Shown piece after piece: positions 12,983 to 27,551 of a stretch of 64,000 nt of DNA. The DNA comes from Octopus vulgaris. Lineage: Eukaryota. The notes beneath the pieces are model-generated. The model had not been told where the DNA came from. It was given only the letters and a program-made list of their open reading frames with translations, and ran no database searches. The position numbers and the translations under genes were made by a program. The stretch spans positions 11,594,001 through 11,658,000 of the forward strand of contig OX597821.1 of the NCBI GenBank assembly GCA_951406725.2. The letters run 5' to 3'. Position 1 is the first letter of the stretch. Every line of letters starts with the position of its first letter.

Positions 12983-13004
12983 AACAACAACAACAACAAC
13001 AATA

Positions 13005-13190
13005 TTCAGGTCCGAAATTTTGAGGGTAAGTGTTAATCGATTACATTGAACCTCGTGCTTGATTGATACATAATTTTATCGATCTCTAAAGAATGAAAAG
13101 GCAAATATAATCACATATATAAATTAGAACTCATAACGTAAATAGCCTCTACAAATGCTGCAAAGCATCTTTTTAAACACTTTAATAAAT
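13005..13190 (-). mobile_element. Degenerate family D SINE
   Basis: tcgattacat...gatgaaa.ggcaa...gaactca.aacgta shared with 53030-53430. Confidence 0.5.
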
Positions 13191-16100
13191 CTGTCATTCC
13201 TACGTCTAGTAAGAAGAGTTTCCTAATTGCTACGATGCCGGAAAATGTAGGGTGTTCTCAACGAATAACAAAACTGGTCTATTTACATCGACGATGAAAG
13301 GCAGAAGGCGCGAAAAGATACCAGTCATTGAAGGAAGAAAATGATATGAAATATAACGTATAAGTGCCTAAATTGAGAAAAAATTACCTAGTAATAATTA
13401 GAAAACAACACAAATCTCGGACTGCGTTCTTCCCAAGGTGTAAGTGTTTCTCTCTGTTTTGATTTCGACCTTCAGACACATATTCAGAGTTACGCTCATG
13501 CAGCTACGCTAAACTCGCCAGAACGTCACCACATTTGCACAAACGAAAGGAGCATTTCCTTCTTATCTTCTCCACGGCCATATTAATATAGTAACTTCAA
13601 CAATTGACAAATATTTGGCAAGACATTAAAAACACTGCTATCACCCCACCAAGTCATGGCCACCAAACTGTACCCTTCATCATAGAAGACATAGAAAAGA
13701 AAAGGGCCTGCTCTTCTTAACAATAGAAAAGCAGAGGTGAGAATGACACTGTATAAGTTTAATTAGAACGAATCTGTTGCTAGTTACATATCTTGTACCG
13801 ACCTTGTTAACGTGTGTACCGTACCTGTAGAGTTTATTTCAAACTAGCAATGCTTCCCTGTGATAATGTGAGGCTAAGATCTTTTGGAAAGTTATTTATC
13901 GATTCTCAGATCTTTTCTAGAATAACCTTGATCACGTCCATTCAAATTCCATTCAACAGACGGTTAATGGCAACCGTCTGTTGACTGGAAGTGCTGGCAT
14001 TTCACGGGTCTCTGTAGCATATCCATAATAAACAATTACTGCAAAGCAAACAAAGGAACTTCGAAATGGAGTTAAGATTATGGTGGCTTCGTTGGAACCG
14101 GTACTACTGACGTGGAATTGCTGCACTCACTACTTTCTCAACCCTGTGCTATTCAGAGACACTTAGGAAGATGATGAAAAAAAAATGACGAATAAAAATG
14201 CTGGAAATTATTCGACACTAATGACAAGGCAAGAAAATAATTGACTGCGAGAAATCAATAATATCAAAGACGACAGCTTCACAGAGATTTCTGAATTATC
14301 AAAAGAGCAAAGTAATCGTTAAAATTTTATAATACCCTGTTTCCCCACTAAAAAATAAAAAATGGAAAAAATAAAAGCGTAGCAAATAAAAATTCAGAGA
14401 AACAAAAGCAAAAGGACTAAATGAACATGATCGGAATATTGTGAAGCAACGAGAGCATATTTTGGTGTTATATAAGATCAGAAAACATCAACAAGGGAAA
14501 GTTAACCTATTAATTATATACAGAGTGAGAGACATTCAGAATTATACTTAACCAACAATACAATTTCAAATTTGTGACGAGACATAAAACAAACTGTTAT
14601 AACATTAGATATTAGGAGAAATTCAATAAAACTACCAGCAACAACTTACTTCAAAAGAATACGAGAGGTGGACAGAGAGACTAGTGTCAGGGAAAATAAT
14701 AAGAGAGAGAAATATTAATAAAACACACTTAATACAAACTTGTTGTAACTTGTAAAGAGAAACAAACATCGACACACTTACAATATTTGTTTTTGTAATC
14801 TTACCAATGAATCGACAATATTTTCTCCGTCTTTCTTAGTCTAAGACAAAGGACAAATGTCCGAAGCGTTACAAACACATACACACACAGAGACACACAA
14901 GCCCACACTTTCTGTCCCTCTCTCACTCTCTCTCACATACTCTCTCCTCTTCATGCGAACACACACAAATACACACACACACACACACAGACATTCTCAC
15001 TCACTGTTTCACATATATACACAAACTCATTTTCTCGATTTCTCGGCTCTCCAAAATGTCATACTTATCTCTTTTACCGACCTTTCTTCTGTGCAATAAA
15101 TTTTACGGACAAAAAAAAAACCGTCGCTAATTTACCCGGATTCCAGATGAAATTCGAGCCTACGACACTCACATTTCTGCTTTTACGAATGAAGAAATAT
15201 AAAAATTTTGGAACAAAAAAACAAATATACTACAAATGAACCAAAATAATTTCTAGCGAAACCGATATGAAAAGAAAAATTGTAAAATTCAAATCGTAAA
15301 ATGTATGCCAAGAAACAATTGAAAATCAATTTACAGATTTCAACTTAGTGAATAAGATTTAGGTGTTCATAAAAAAAAGAAGAAATTCAAACAGAGATTA
15401 TCAATAAATGGTCAAAAGACACTACGGTAAGCAATGTAATTAATCAATTAAACATAATATAGTATAACATTGTTGTAGTGATATTGCATAAAATATGAGA
15501 AAATGAAAAAAAAAGATAAGTAACAAACATGAAACCAAAAGCTAAGGAAAGACTTAACTTGTAGTAATTCATAAATTCTAACTTGTGATTATAAACAATA
15601 AATAGAAGAAATATAGAAACTAATATATAAAATGGAATCATAAAATCAAATAACTTAACGGATGTAAAATCTCAGGCAAGAATATATCCTTGCTCAGAGT
15701 ATACGAACTTGAAAGATAGATACTCTACGTAAAATATTTATTAAAGGCAGGAGGAAAAGATACAAACAAATAGATTACCAAAGTCGTTGGAAATTTTATG
15801 TCCACGAAAAGTAAATAACGTTGAGTATTATTGGATAAGTTAGCATACGTAGTTAAGAAGTTCGCTTCTTAACCATGTATCTATTTGAGAGAATACAACG
15901 AGCTTAACATAAAATTGGTTAACAGATTTTCGTATCGTGTTTTGGTTTTTTTCTAAGCCTATGTTTCTATCAATACATATATATAGATGTATATATATAT
16001 ATATATATATACACCAACATATATAGATGCACACACATGCACACACACGTACACACGCACGCGCAGTGTGTATAGAATGTAACATTACAAAAAAATACAG

Positions 16101-16253
16101 ATAAAGAAAAAATCCGTCTACAATCACATAAAATATAGATCAAATTATACATGTTCGCTCACCACATATACACATATATGCACGTGCTAACACACATACA
16201 AACACAGACACACATAGACATACGCATCGCGTGCACACGCACACGTATATATC

Positions 16254-16310
<57 letters not shown>

Positions 16311-16857
16311 CACATATACATACATACATATACGTATGTATGTGTGTGTGGTTGATGATTATTGCGTCGTTGTAACATAAATTCAAATAGAAACAGTATT
16401 ATTTTGTGGGTAGCGACTGGCTGTTTCTGTATCGGTGAGGAATTCTTAAAAATATAACAAAACACATACACGACAAGGAAAATACTAAACCATTACCAAC
16501 TGCGTGTAAAACTAACTAATTTTGATATATATCAATGTTGCCAGTCTTTATGTGTTTCAGAGGAAGTTTATGGGAAGTTTGATATCCGTACCCTTCAGAG
16601 TAATATTATTTACATAGAAGAGACGCGGAAATAATGAAACCCAACTTCGAGTAAAATTTCTAAACTCGAAAAATAATAAATAAATAAAACCATCAGATGC
16701 TGAACTCATTAAACAACATGGCGGACATTATCGATTCCCGATAGGCATGAAGTTTCTTTAGATCTTATGTGAAGTAGTTTGTACGTAGATATATACGTGT
16801 ATAGCTGCCAATCTGCCTGCCTACCTACTTACGATCCTACTTACCCATCTACATACA

Positions 16858-16891
<34 letters not shown>

Positions 16892-17039
16892 CATACATAC
16901 ATACATGCAACCGTGCAATGCTCGCGCGCGCGCGCGCTCACATACACACACACACACATATATACATACACACAAAAACGCATACACAAACGCACTCATG
17001 TATATTTATATGTATTCTTTTACACATCCAATCATTTGA

Positions 17040-17126
<87 letters not shown>

Positions 17127-17132
17127 CATATG

Positions 17133-17187
<55 letters not shown>

Positions 17188-17384
17188 TTTTATTTATATA
17201 TATTTATATATGTGTGTGTATATACATACATATATATATAGACATACCTATATACAGGCACACACACACATACTAATATTTAGCAGAGGCAAAAAGTGAA
17301 TCACGAACCTAGTGCTACAGAACGAAAGTCTTGCTCTTTCAGTCATACTGTTGCTTGTGCAAAAATATGATGATGATGATGATG

Positions 17385-17450
<66 letters not shown>

Positions 17451-17564
17451 TATGTATATATATATGTGTGTTTATGTATGTATCTATCTATCTATGTGTG
17501 TGTGTGTGTATGTATGCATTTATATATGCATTTATATATGTATATATGTGTATATATATACATA

Positions 17565-17615
<51 letters not shown>

Positions 17616-17616
17616 A

Positions 17617-17705
<89 letters not shown>

Positions 17706-18601
17706 TCTATGTCACTGAACAACAGTTGTACTTAAGGCTTTGAACACGTTGCACTGTCCTCTATCCAATAGGCTTTCATACAGTCTCCAACCATTTAATT
17801 TCGCCAGACCTGAGGTTTTATAAAAAGTGATTGCCCATAGTACGACCAGTGGCCTTGAACTCTGTACTTGTTGAATGGCCGTCATTGTTAATTGGCCATA
17901 TATCTATGTATATATATATTTATTAAGTGTACTGTTTCGTGATGATATGGTCAACAAAAAAAAGTAATACATTTGGTGGGAGATAAATATCATTTGTTAA
18001 AAGCAATATATATTTTTAATAGCTGCTGTTTGTTTCTTGCGATGAAAGCAGCTGAGTCATAATTTTCGAACAAACCTGGTGCCTTTGTTGTGCCCACGTG
18101 TCATGACAAGCTAAAAACAAGACAAGCGTATGTACATGTAAAAGGTGGAACATTGAAAATACAGAAAACGTAAAAGAAAGCAGAAGAAAAAGCAAGATCG
18201 AAGAGAATTAAAGCTATGCCCCCTTTGACCGTAAAACCATAAGGATAGTGGTCTAGAGTCTATAATACAGCTACTCAGCCAGGAGACAACTGTGTTTTCC
18301 AGTTCGCGAACAGGAACTTATCCACGATTTTACACTCTCTGAAAATTTCAGTCCTTGAATAGCAGTCCTTGAATAGCAGTAAGTCAGTGTTCTTAGATAA
18401 GAAAAGTATATGCTTTCTTTCCAGCCTTCCAAATTTTTCATCTACTTCCTTCTTGTTATTTTTCTATCGCTCTTTTGTTCAATGTCTAACTTGTTATTTC
18501 ATGTGAACCCAACCTCAAGATTGTGCTTCCGGAGTAGCTTTCATTGCTACTAATAGTAGCTTGAAAAAATGTATAACAGAGACAGTGTTTATTAAATAAT
18601 C

Positions 18602-18663
<62 letters not shown>

Positions 18664-18665
18664 CA

Positions 18666-18738
<73 letters not shown>

Positions 18739-18965
18739 TCTCTCTAGTTTCAGCCCAGAGCTGCGGCCATGCTGATGCAGTCCCGTTTTGTTACAGCGTT
18801 AATATAAAGCGCCTCCTCTAATATGTGGCACTTGGTGAAGAATGGAGTTTGATATAGGTACCCTCATTTGCACCTCTTGCCATGAGGTAGGTTCATCTGG
18901 GACTCTCGACAGTAAGAGGTCCAGATTTGATTTACATACACACATATATAAAGAGAGAGGGCGGA

Positions 18966-19068
<103 letters not shown>

Positions 19069-19160
19069 TAGATATATATATGTGATAGACTCAGCAATTA
19101 CCAGCTGATACTAATGAACAAAAACAGTTGTAGTGATTTGGATCCTGGCATTTTATTCCA

Positions 19161-19464
19161 GTGACGAGGGTCACTGCTGATACGATCAACGGTAGAGCTT
19201 GCTCGTGAAGTTAACGTGCAAGTGCCTGAGCATTCCACAGACACACGTACGCCTAACGTAGTTCTCAGGGCGGTTCAGTGTGACACATAGTGTGACAAGG
19301 CCGGTTGTTTGAAATACAGGTACAAATCATTTTTGCCAGCTGAGTGGACTGGAACAACGTGAAATAAAGTGACTTGCTCATGAACACAATGCGTTGCCGG
19401 GAATTGAACTCACGAACTTACAACTGTGAGTCGAATGCCTAAACCACATAAGCCACGCGCCTTC
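19161..19464 (-). mobile_element. tRNA-derived SINE (head C + tail B)
   Basis: Head matches 60206-60340; tail matches 2157-2318. Confidence 0.8.
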
Positions 19465-19983
19465 ACAAACACGCACACACACATATACATGTATATATAT
19501 ATATATACTCATATATATGAAAGGAACGATGACATAGCTATTTCTTAAATTGGCGAATGTATTTGCAATCCACTTTACTGCAGCAAAAATATTCCTCAGC
19601 ATCCGTGTATTCTACAGTCTCAGGAAGAAAAAAAGCTTGTATTAAACCCCAGTTAGCTTGTCAGATGTGTCTCAAATCCGAAATGATTATTTTGTTAGGA
19701 AATGAAATACCTAAACTTTACCGCATATCTTAGTGCTTGGTCAGCTCTTCAGATCTGTCCACTGACCTACGAATGATTGTATAGCCTAAGGTAGCAGATG
19801 AAAAGGTCAAAATTGATCTTGTTAAATGCAGTGTAGTGTAGGTCAAGGGTTGTCCTTTCACACAGCGAATTCGCGATAGCATAAATGATGAATGTTGTTC
19901 AAAATGAGAGAATTAAAATCCGTACCAAACACTGCTGCTGCTGCTGCTACCGCCGACGCCACCACCACCACCACCACCACCAA

Positions 19984-20031
<48 letters not shown>

Positions 20032-20386
20032 GAGAGCTGCTGCTGCTGAATGTGTCTCAAAGTAACGTGATATGACGTTCGTTATTTGTATTCGGATCAA
20101 GTCAGTCATTAAAGAAATTCTAAGAATCTTACAATTACGAATTTTATACTTCAACAAAATAACGCACTCGTGCCAGCGTACTTACATGTCCACATGCACC
20201 TACGCTCATACGAATATACGTGTGTAGGAGTATACACACTCACACACACACACACACACAGACACATACATATATATATATATACTCCTGGCTGAAGAAT
20301 TCAATTTAACTTCAAATTCATTTGAGCACTTCTACGCGTTCTCAATATTGTCCCTGTTTATTTTGTGTGTGTGTGGTATATGTATA

Positions 20387-20440
<54 letters not shown>

Positions 20441-20723
20441 TATATATATATATATATATGCATGTGTGTGTGTATGTTTATATATATATATATACATTGA
20501 CAGAAACAGTTTATATTGTTTCACACTATGTAAATTTATTATATATAGGTTCAGGATTGGCTGTGTGGTAAACAGCATGCTTACCAGCCACATGGTTCCG
20601 GGTTCAATCCCACTGCATGGCATCTTGGGCAACTGTCTCTGCTATAGCCCCGGGTTGACCAATGCCTTGTGAGTGGATTTGGTAGACGGAAACTGAAAGA
20701 AGCCTGTTGTATATATGTATATA

Positions 20724-21103
20724 TATATAATATAATTCGAGACAAAACCACTACTTTGCAAAACAAACAAGGAAAGACTTAATCAATACATAAAAATTTT
20801 TAATATAAAGAAATAAACCGCCACTACAATCGTTTCATGTCTTTAATGACATTCGTCAGGTAAATTAAAACAGATTAGGAGATCGAAAGTCCACCTGACG
20901 AATGTCATTGAAGACATGAAACGATTGTAGTGGCGGTTTATTTCTTTATATTAAAAATTTTTATGTATTGATCAAGTCTTTCCTTGTTTGTTTTGCAAAT
21001 TAGTGGTTTTGTCTCGAATTATATTATATAATATGTTACTATAAAATTGGATTTAATCCTAAATCTGATTTTTCCCTGTAAATTTGGATTTATTCCTAAT
21101 ATT

Positions 21104-21108
<5 letters not shown>
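20724..21108 (+). mobile_element. Fold-back PLE pseudo-LTR; arms 20724-20861 / 20893-21030
   Basis: ~138-bp near-perfect inverted repeat with an HHR; ends in (TA)n. Confidence 0.85.
20891..20933 (+). ncRNA. Minimal type I hammerhead ribozyme
   Basis: CCAC CUGACGA AUGUC-auugaa-GACAU GAA ACGAUUGU A GUGG; self-complementary stem III; predicted cleavage after GUA (20929). Confidence 0.9.
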
Positions 21109-21140
<32 letters not shown>

Positions 21141-21380
21141 CGTGTGTGTGGGTTTGTGTGTCTGTTTTTGTCCCCCTAGCATTGCTTGACAACCGATGCT
21201 GGTGTGTTTACGTCCCCGTCACTTAGCGGTTCGACAAAACAGACCGATAGAATAAGTACTGGGCTTATAAAGAATAAGTCCTGGGGTCGATTTGATCGAC
21301 TAAAGGCGGTGCTCCAGCATCGCCGCAGTCAAATGACTGAAACAAGTAAAAGAATAAAAGAGTAAAAAGAGTATATATGC

Positions 21381-21414
<34 letters not shown>

Positions 21415-22030
21415 CTGTGTGTGCCTGTGTGTATCTTTATACACCTGTATATATACATCAAGCTTAATTCTGTATATCTACATCATTACCTCTCTCTGTC
21501 TCTCTCTCTCAATCACGCACACACACTCAAAGTCACTCTGATTATATCCATACACGCATTCTCACGCATACTCTCATGCACGCGTGCACACACACATTGA
21601 TGGTTCTAGAAATAGCTGTAAGCACCTTTAACTATTTATTATAACTACGATTATATTCTCCATGTTTATACTCTCTGTGTAAGTTCAACAATTTTAGGGG
21701 ATTGATGCCAAATGTTTCGCTTTTCCATTTTCTACTTTATACTATATCCACCCACTGAAGGAGAAACCCCATCTAGCCTCCTTTAAAAGACAGTCTCAAC
21801 ACATCTTTCAGTTGCAGTCCAGAGTCGCACTTTTAGTGTAAGCCAAACTTAGCACTCGTAGTACATACCTATTGTATTACGTAACATGAGGAAAACCCAC
21901 TGTATATTGTCTTTGTTTATACGTCTTTTTCTCTCTCTCTCACTTTATATACGTGTGTTTGTGAGTGTGTGTATGTGTGTGTGTGAAAAACCATAAACAT
22001 AAATAATTCTCACCATAATGAAACATGATA

Positions 22031-22201
22031 GGTGCAGGAGTGGCTGTGTAGTAAGTAACTTGTTTACCAACCACATGGTTCTGGGTTCAGTCCCACTACG
22101 TGGCACCTTGGGCAAGTGTCTTCTACTATGGCCTCGGGCCGACCAAAGCCTTGTGAGTGGATTTGGTAGACGGAAACTGAAAGAAGCCCGTCGTATATAT
22201 G

Positions 22202-22296
<95 letters not shown>

Positions 22297-22518
22297 CGTG
22301 CGTGTTTCCGTGTCTGTGTTTGGCCCCCTAGCATTGCTTGACAACCGATGCTGGTGTGTTTACGTCCCCGTCACTTAGCGGTTCGGCAAAAATAGACCGA
22401 TAGAATAAGTACTGGGCTTACAAAGAATAAGTCCCGGAGTCGATTTGCTCGACTAAAGGCGCTGCTCCAGTATGGCCGCAGTCAAATGACTGAAACAAGT
22501 AAAAGATAAAATATAAAA
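22031..22518 (+). mobile_element. Family A SINE, full length, 10-bp TSD
   Basis: GAAACATGAT at 22020-22029 and 22519-22528. Confidence 0.9.
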
Positions 22519-22877
22519 GAAACATGATCATTATCTCAACGGATAAAAATTACGCAACGTTTCGGACTTTTTTCTTTCTATTTTTTCCTGTTATTATTTT
22601 CTCTCGTCCGTTTTCTTCTCGCTCTGCATTTTGCTTCAAGCTTCTCGTTTTATTTCATGTATTCTTATGGACAAGCGTTCTGGTCTTCAAACAGAACTAA
22701 CCATGTGCCCCGAACCAGAAATATAGCTTAGATACACAAGTCACGTAATATAAATATGCTGAATTATCTTGTTTTCATGGCATGAGTCTATTCGTAGCTC
22801 TTGTTCAAATACAGTTTACATTAAATGATATCTATCTCCCACTGGACGGAGCACAGAACAGCAAACTATTCTTGTAT

Positions 22878-23254
22878 ATTTTACTTGCTTTCAGGCATTT
22901 GACTACAGCAATGCTGGAACGCTGCCTTTAATCGAACAAATCAACCTCAGGACTGAATCTTTGTAAACCTAATACTTATTCTACCGATCACATTTGCCGA
23001 ACCGCTAAGTTATGGGGACGTAATTACACCAATATCGGTAGTCAAGCGATGGTGGGGGACAAACACAGACATATAAACACATACAGACATACGACGGGAT
23101 TCTTTCTGTTGCCATCTAACAAATCAACTCACAAAGATTTGGTCGGCCAGAGGCTATAGTAGAATACACTTGCCCAAGGTGCCACGCAGTGGAACTGAAT
23201 CCGGAACCATGTGGTTGGGAAGCAAGCTTCTTACCACACAGCCACTCCTGCGCC
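22878..23254 (-). mobile_element. Family A SINE (older copy)
   Basis: Collinear with other family A copies. Confidence 0.85.
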
Positions 23255-24147
23255 TATATATATATATGTATTATTACACTGTCAATGAAATTTAACGGAT
23301 GTTGTTAAATATCAGTGGTCACAATGGGCTTCTGCGCAGGCAAGCCAACGTGGCCTCTGAATGGATTATCTGTTTGAATGCCCCTGTAGTGTAGAATATA
23401 TGTTCAGTATCAAGTATTGAAATGGCTGCGTGTATATTATTAGAAGAATTCTTATAAAGAAGGAAAATAAATTTAAGAACTATATATTTACTACATAAAA
23501 ATATATTTTATTCATTGGTTGTTGATGAAATATGATCAAATTGTAGAATCTAGTTGAATGAAGTAATCTATGCAAGAAAGTTAAGAAATGTAGAAATGTA
23601 GCTAAGTAATGGTTTTCAGTCATGTGGCGTAGACAAATAGACAGGCATAGCAATGAATGGCTCAGAGTCTAGTCGACTAAGAAGCACAGAGCAGGGCAAG
23701 TAAGCTGTTTTTATTAATGGAACGCTAGACATTCTAGAAACTTCCAAGAGAAACGCGAAGCTTCTTGAATAAATAAGAATTACTTCTCATGAAGTAGAAT
23801 CTACTGAGGAACTTATGGAAGGGAGATTACTCTAAAAACTTCTTGTGAGATAGATCACTCAATTATTTTAGCTACACACTACTGCATCCCCTAATAGGAT
23901 CATCTTTTTAAAGCTGAGTGGCTAGGAGCAAAGGAAAATGAAGGGTTTTGCTCATGAGCACAGCGTACTCCGAACTGGAAATCGAAACCAAAACCGTGTG
24001 ATCGTGACTATAAAACATTAACAAGTAAGCCACGGGATTACACATACTACATACATTCATACATGCATACATATATATATACACAGACAGACAGATAGAC
24101 TGATAAGATCGATCGGTATATAGATAGACATTCACTAACACAAATAT

Positions 24148-24198
<51 letters not shown>

Positions 24199-24443
24199 CA
24201 TAAGCATATACATCTATACATACATACAAAATATGCGTACTAATATACACACACACACAACAACATACAAACACACGCACACACACACACACATAAATAT
24301 AAACGCACACGACTGTGTGTAAGTGTGTGTACACATGTATATTGCAAATAAAGACACATTTAACGGAATCGCTTCTTATCAGGAGACAAAAGTGTATTCT
24401 CTATAAATTGATAATCAGGACTGATAAAGAAAGAGCATTTTCT

Positions 24444-24718
24444 AGATGAGAGAGAAGAAGAAGGAGAAAAAGAAGAAGAAGAAGAAGAAGAAGAGAGGGA
24501 GAAGGAGGGAGGGAGGGAGGAGAGCGAGAGAGAGAAGGAGAGAGCGAAGTGGAAGGAGAGAGCGAAGTGGAAGGAGAGAGAGAGGAGAGAAGGCGGTTAT
24601 ATGATAAAATGTGTTAGACAGAAAAGGAGAGAGAGCAAGAGTTGAGGAGGCGTTAGAGAGAGAGAGTGAGCAATGAAAGAGAAAGAAAAGAGACAGGAAA
24701 GAGAAGAGAGAAAGAAAT
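24444..24718. repeat. Polypurine (GAA/GAG/GGA) low-complexity tract
   Basis: Direct reading. Confidence 0.85.
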
Positions 24719-25240
24719 GTACAAAACCACAATTAAATTTCCAGTTAATAAGAGAGCAATTTCAGCAAATTATAGAAAAGATCAAACGAAAAATAAATTG
24801 AACAGAGTGCTATTTTCTCTAAACTTCACAACATAACAACCACTATTCGCTACTAAACGCTTACCAATCATAATATAAATGCTCTCACTTGATCTATTCA
24901 CGATTGAAGCTACAACGTATGCTTGTAACGTCGATGTCTCTTTTAGTAAAGTACATTTGTATTTTTATACGCGGACCCACTCTGAATACTAATTACCCTA
25001 AGTTATATCGACTATTCTGAAACGGGTAATATCGTTGGTGGAAACGAACTTTCTATCCGCTTTACTCGAATCCCGTGTTATAAATTATAATGGCGTCTTT
25101 CGTTAGTAACCAGATGCGATTGATTTAATGTTTTTAAAAGTTAAATTTTCAAGGAATTTGTTCGTTTTTCTTCCTACGTAGACACACACACACAGAGTAT
25201 ATGATATGTGTATGTGTGTGTGTGTGTGTGTGTGTATGTG

Positions 25241-25275
<35 letters not shown>

Positions 25276-25278
25276 GTA

Positions 25279-25530
25279 AGGCGCAATGGCCCAGTAGTTA
25301 GGGCAGCGGACTTACGGTCGGAGGATCACGGTTTCGATTCCCACACTGGGCGTTGTGTGTGTTTATTGAACGAAAACGCCAAAAACATTCCACAAGGCAC
25401 CGGCAGGGGTGGGGGTGGGGGGCGACCCTGTTATACTCTTTCGCCACAATTTTCTCTCAATCTCTCTTCCTGTTTCTCGAGTAACGCTGCGATACACTGG
25501 CGCCCCATCTAGCTGGGGGGAACACATACG
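25279..25530 (+). mobile_element. tRNA-derived SINE (head B + tail H), 3'-truncated
   Basis: Head matches 1961-2150; gagtaacgctgcg...ctggcg...ggggaacacatacg matches the reverse complement of 61100-61149. Confidence 0.8.
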
Positions 25531-25534
25531 ATAT

Positions 25535-25716
25535 AGGGAGAATTCACACAAAAAAGCAAAAGACGAAGAGAGGTGGTGTAGACAACAGACAGATGTATTA
25601 GTATAACGCTCGGGAAGTGAAAAAGACTTTAGCGTTTCGAGCCTTCGCTCTTCCACAGAAAAGAACAGGGAAAGAAACAGAGAGAGAAAACAATGTGTAG
25701 TTGCTAGCGATCTATA
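25535..25716 (-). mobile_element. PLE-like pseudo-LTR family with variant hammerhead (25627-25662)
   Basis: Homologous to 37487-37650 and 44023-44200; minus strand CUGUGGAA GAGC-gaag-GCUC GAAACGCU AAAG. Confidence 0.7.
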
Positions 25717-25796
25717 CACACTTTAACTGAGGAAGGCCAATTTATGAGGTTACTCTGGGTTTCCCTTCCATAAAGGGTTTAACTTTATGACATAAA

Positions 25797-25861
<65 letters not shown>

Positions 25862-26009
25862 TACATAGGCATATGTGTTGTATGTCTGCGTGCATGTGTG
25901 TGTTTGTGTGCATGCGTGAGTTTGTGTGTGTGCACGTGTGTGTGTGTGCAGAGGGTGCACGTGTGTATTCGTCTGTGTGTGTTCATGTATGTGTATGTGT
26001 GTTGTGTGT

Positions 26010-26201
26010 GTGTTTGTCTCCTCACAATCGCTTGACAACCGATGTTGACGTGTTTATGTCACCGTAACTTAACGGTTCGGAAAAAGAGACTGATAGAATA
26101 CGTACTAGAATAAGTCCTGGGGTCGATTTGCACGACTAAAGGCGGTGCTCCAGCATGGCCGCAGTCAAATGACTGAAACAAGTAAAAGAGTAAAAGAGTA
26201 A
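26010..26201 (+). mobile_element. Family A SINE tail
   Basis: gcttgacaaccgatg...tgactgaaacaagtaaaagagtaaaagagta. Confidence 0.8.
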
Positions 26202-27551
26202 AGTGAGCAAAGGTTGTGCACTGAGTCAATCCCACTCACTAAGCAACAGCAACCATAATCCGAAAAGAAGAACAAGTCGCAGGTTTTATATCGGAGTTAT
26301 CCCAGTTACCTGAGTTACCTTCTCCTAGAAGGATGCCCTAACAAATGTTAGGAGTCCTTCATTTCCAATGGTTTAACCGCGCGATCAGGTATTCAGTACG
26401 ATTATTTCTATGTCCCTGCGTATGATACAGCCTTAATACATTTATTGGATGGCCGTTGACTCTCAAGAGTTCCTCCGCCCTTTGATGGGTTTTGTTTTTC
26501 ATCCTGCAGGGTGTCCAAAAAACACCCTCCTCACCAAGCAAGCTTGGTGGGGTTGCCGGTTTAGTCACCGACGACCCGACCATGCAACAGGTTGCACTGG
26601 GTTACATGTTACCAGTAGCACTCGAAAGTGACCTGACACATACATATACATGCATACATACATATTTACATACATACATACACACTGCCTAAATGCCAAT
26701 CTTGAGTAATTAGGCTTAAAACCAAAAGGGAGATAGCTGATTCGAAGGCTAAAGATCCAAGCCATCACTAGAACTGTAAAAATCTGTTAAAGTTTCTAGA
26801 AGTTTATCATTTAAGTATATTTGACAATGTCTAGCAATGCAACTATATGGATGAGAATACGTACATAAAGCAAAACATACAAATCTGCGCGTATACATAC
26901 ATACTTACATACGCACACACACACACACGTATACGTTGTATGTGCATGTGTGTATATATGTGTGTGCGCGTGTGTGTATTAGAATTAGTGTTGTTTTACA
27001 GTTGATAGCTATCATCTCACGAAGAACTTTAATGAATTCATCCGTGCGGCTGGAAGCGAATTCCAATCAACTTATAAACCCACAACGCGACGTAAAACAG
27101 AAAAGACTTCGATAACAATAATCCCTTCAAATATTCAAATGATTGTGAGCAGTTCCAATTATCAATGGCTGGAAATGCTAGCCACTCAGTGGTGCACGAA
27201 TCGAAGTCATGTAATGCAATCCTGATATTAGAAAGAAAACACGCAATAACATCATGTCTACGCAGAATTCCAAAGACAAGATTCTGTACAGCATTTAAGT
27301 GAGAAGAGACATTTAAACAGACGCTGTGGTGAAAGTACGAGATTATCAGTTGCTTTGTTAGGTCATCTTTGTGTTGAAGCTCTTTAAAAAGCAATAGTCA
27401 CACTCCTGTCCAGCCGACATCCATCAGCTCTGTACATGCAAACAAACGCACATGCATATGCATACGCAGAAAGGCGCAAGCATTAACACATGCATTAATA
27501 TACTGAGAAAGTGATGTATGTTTATATAGATTTATATATCTATATATACAT

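Larger units (their letters stand above)
20548..21373 (+). mobile_element. Family A SINE interrupted in its central (TA)n by a PLE fold-back
   Basis: Head 20548-20712, tail ~21140-21373. Confidence 0.85.

Noticed and set aside
22553-22570. GUCC GAAACGUU on the minus strand
   Set aside because: No CUGANGA or stem II partner nearby
27002-27394. Possible exon or 118-aa minus-strand ORF
   Set aside because: Acceptor-like site but no convincing donor or recognisable protein
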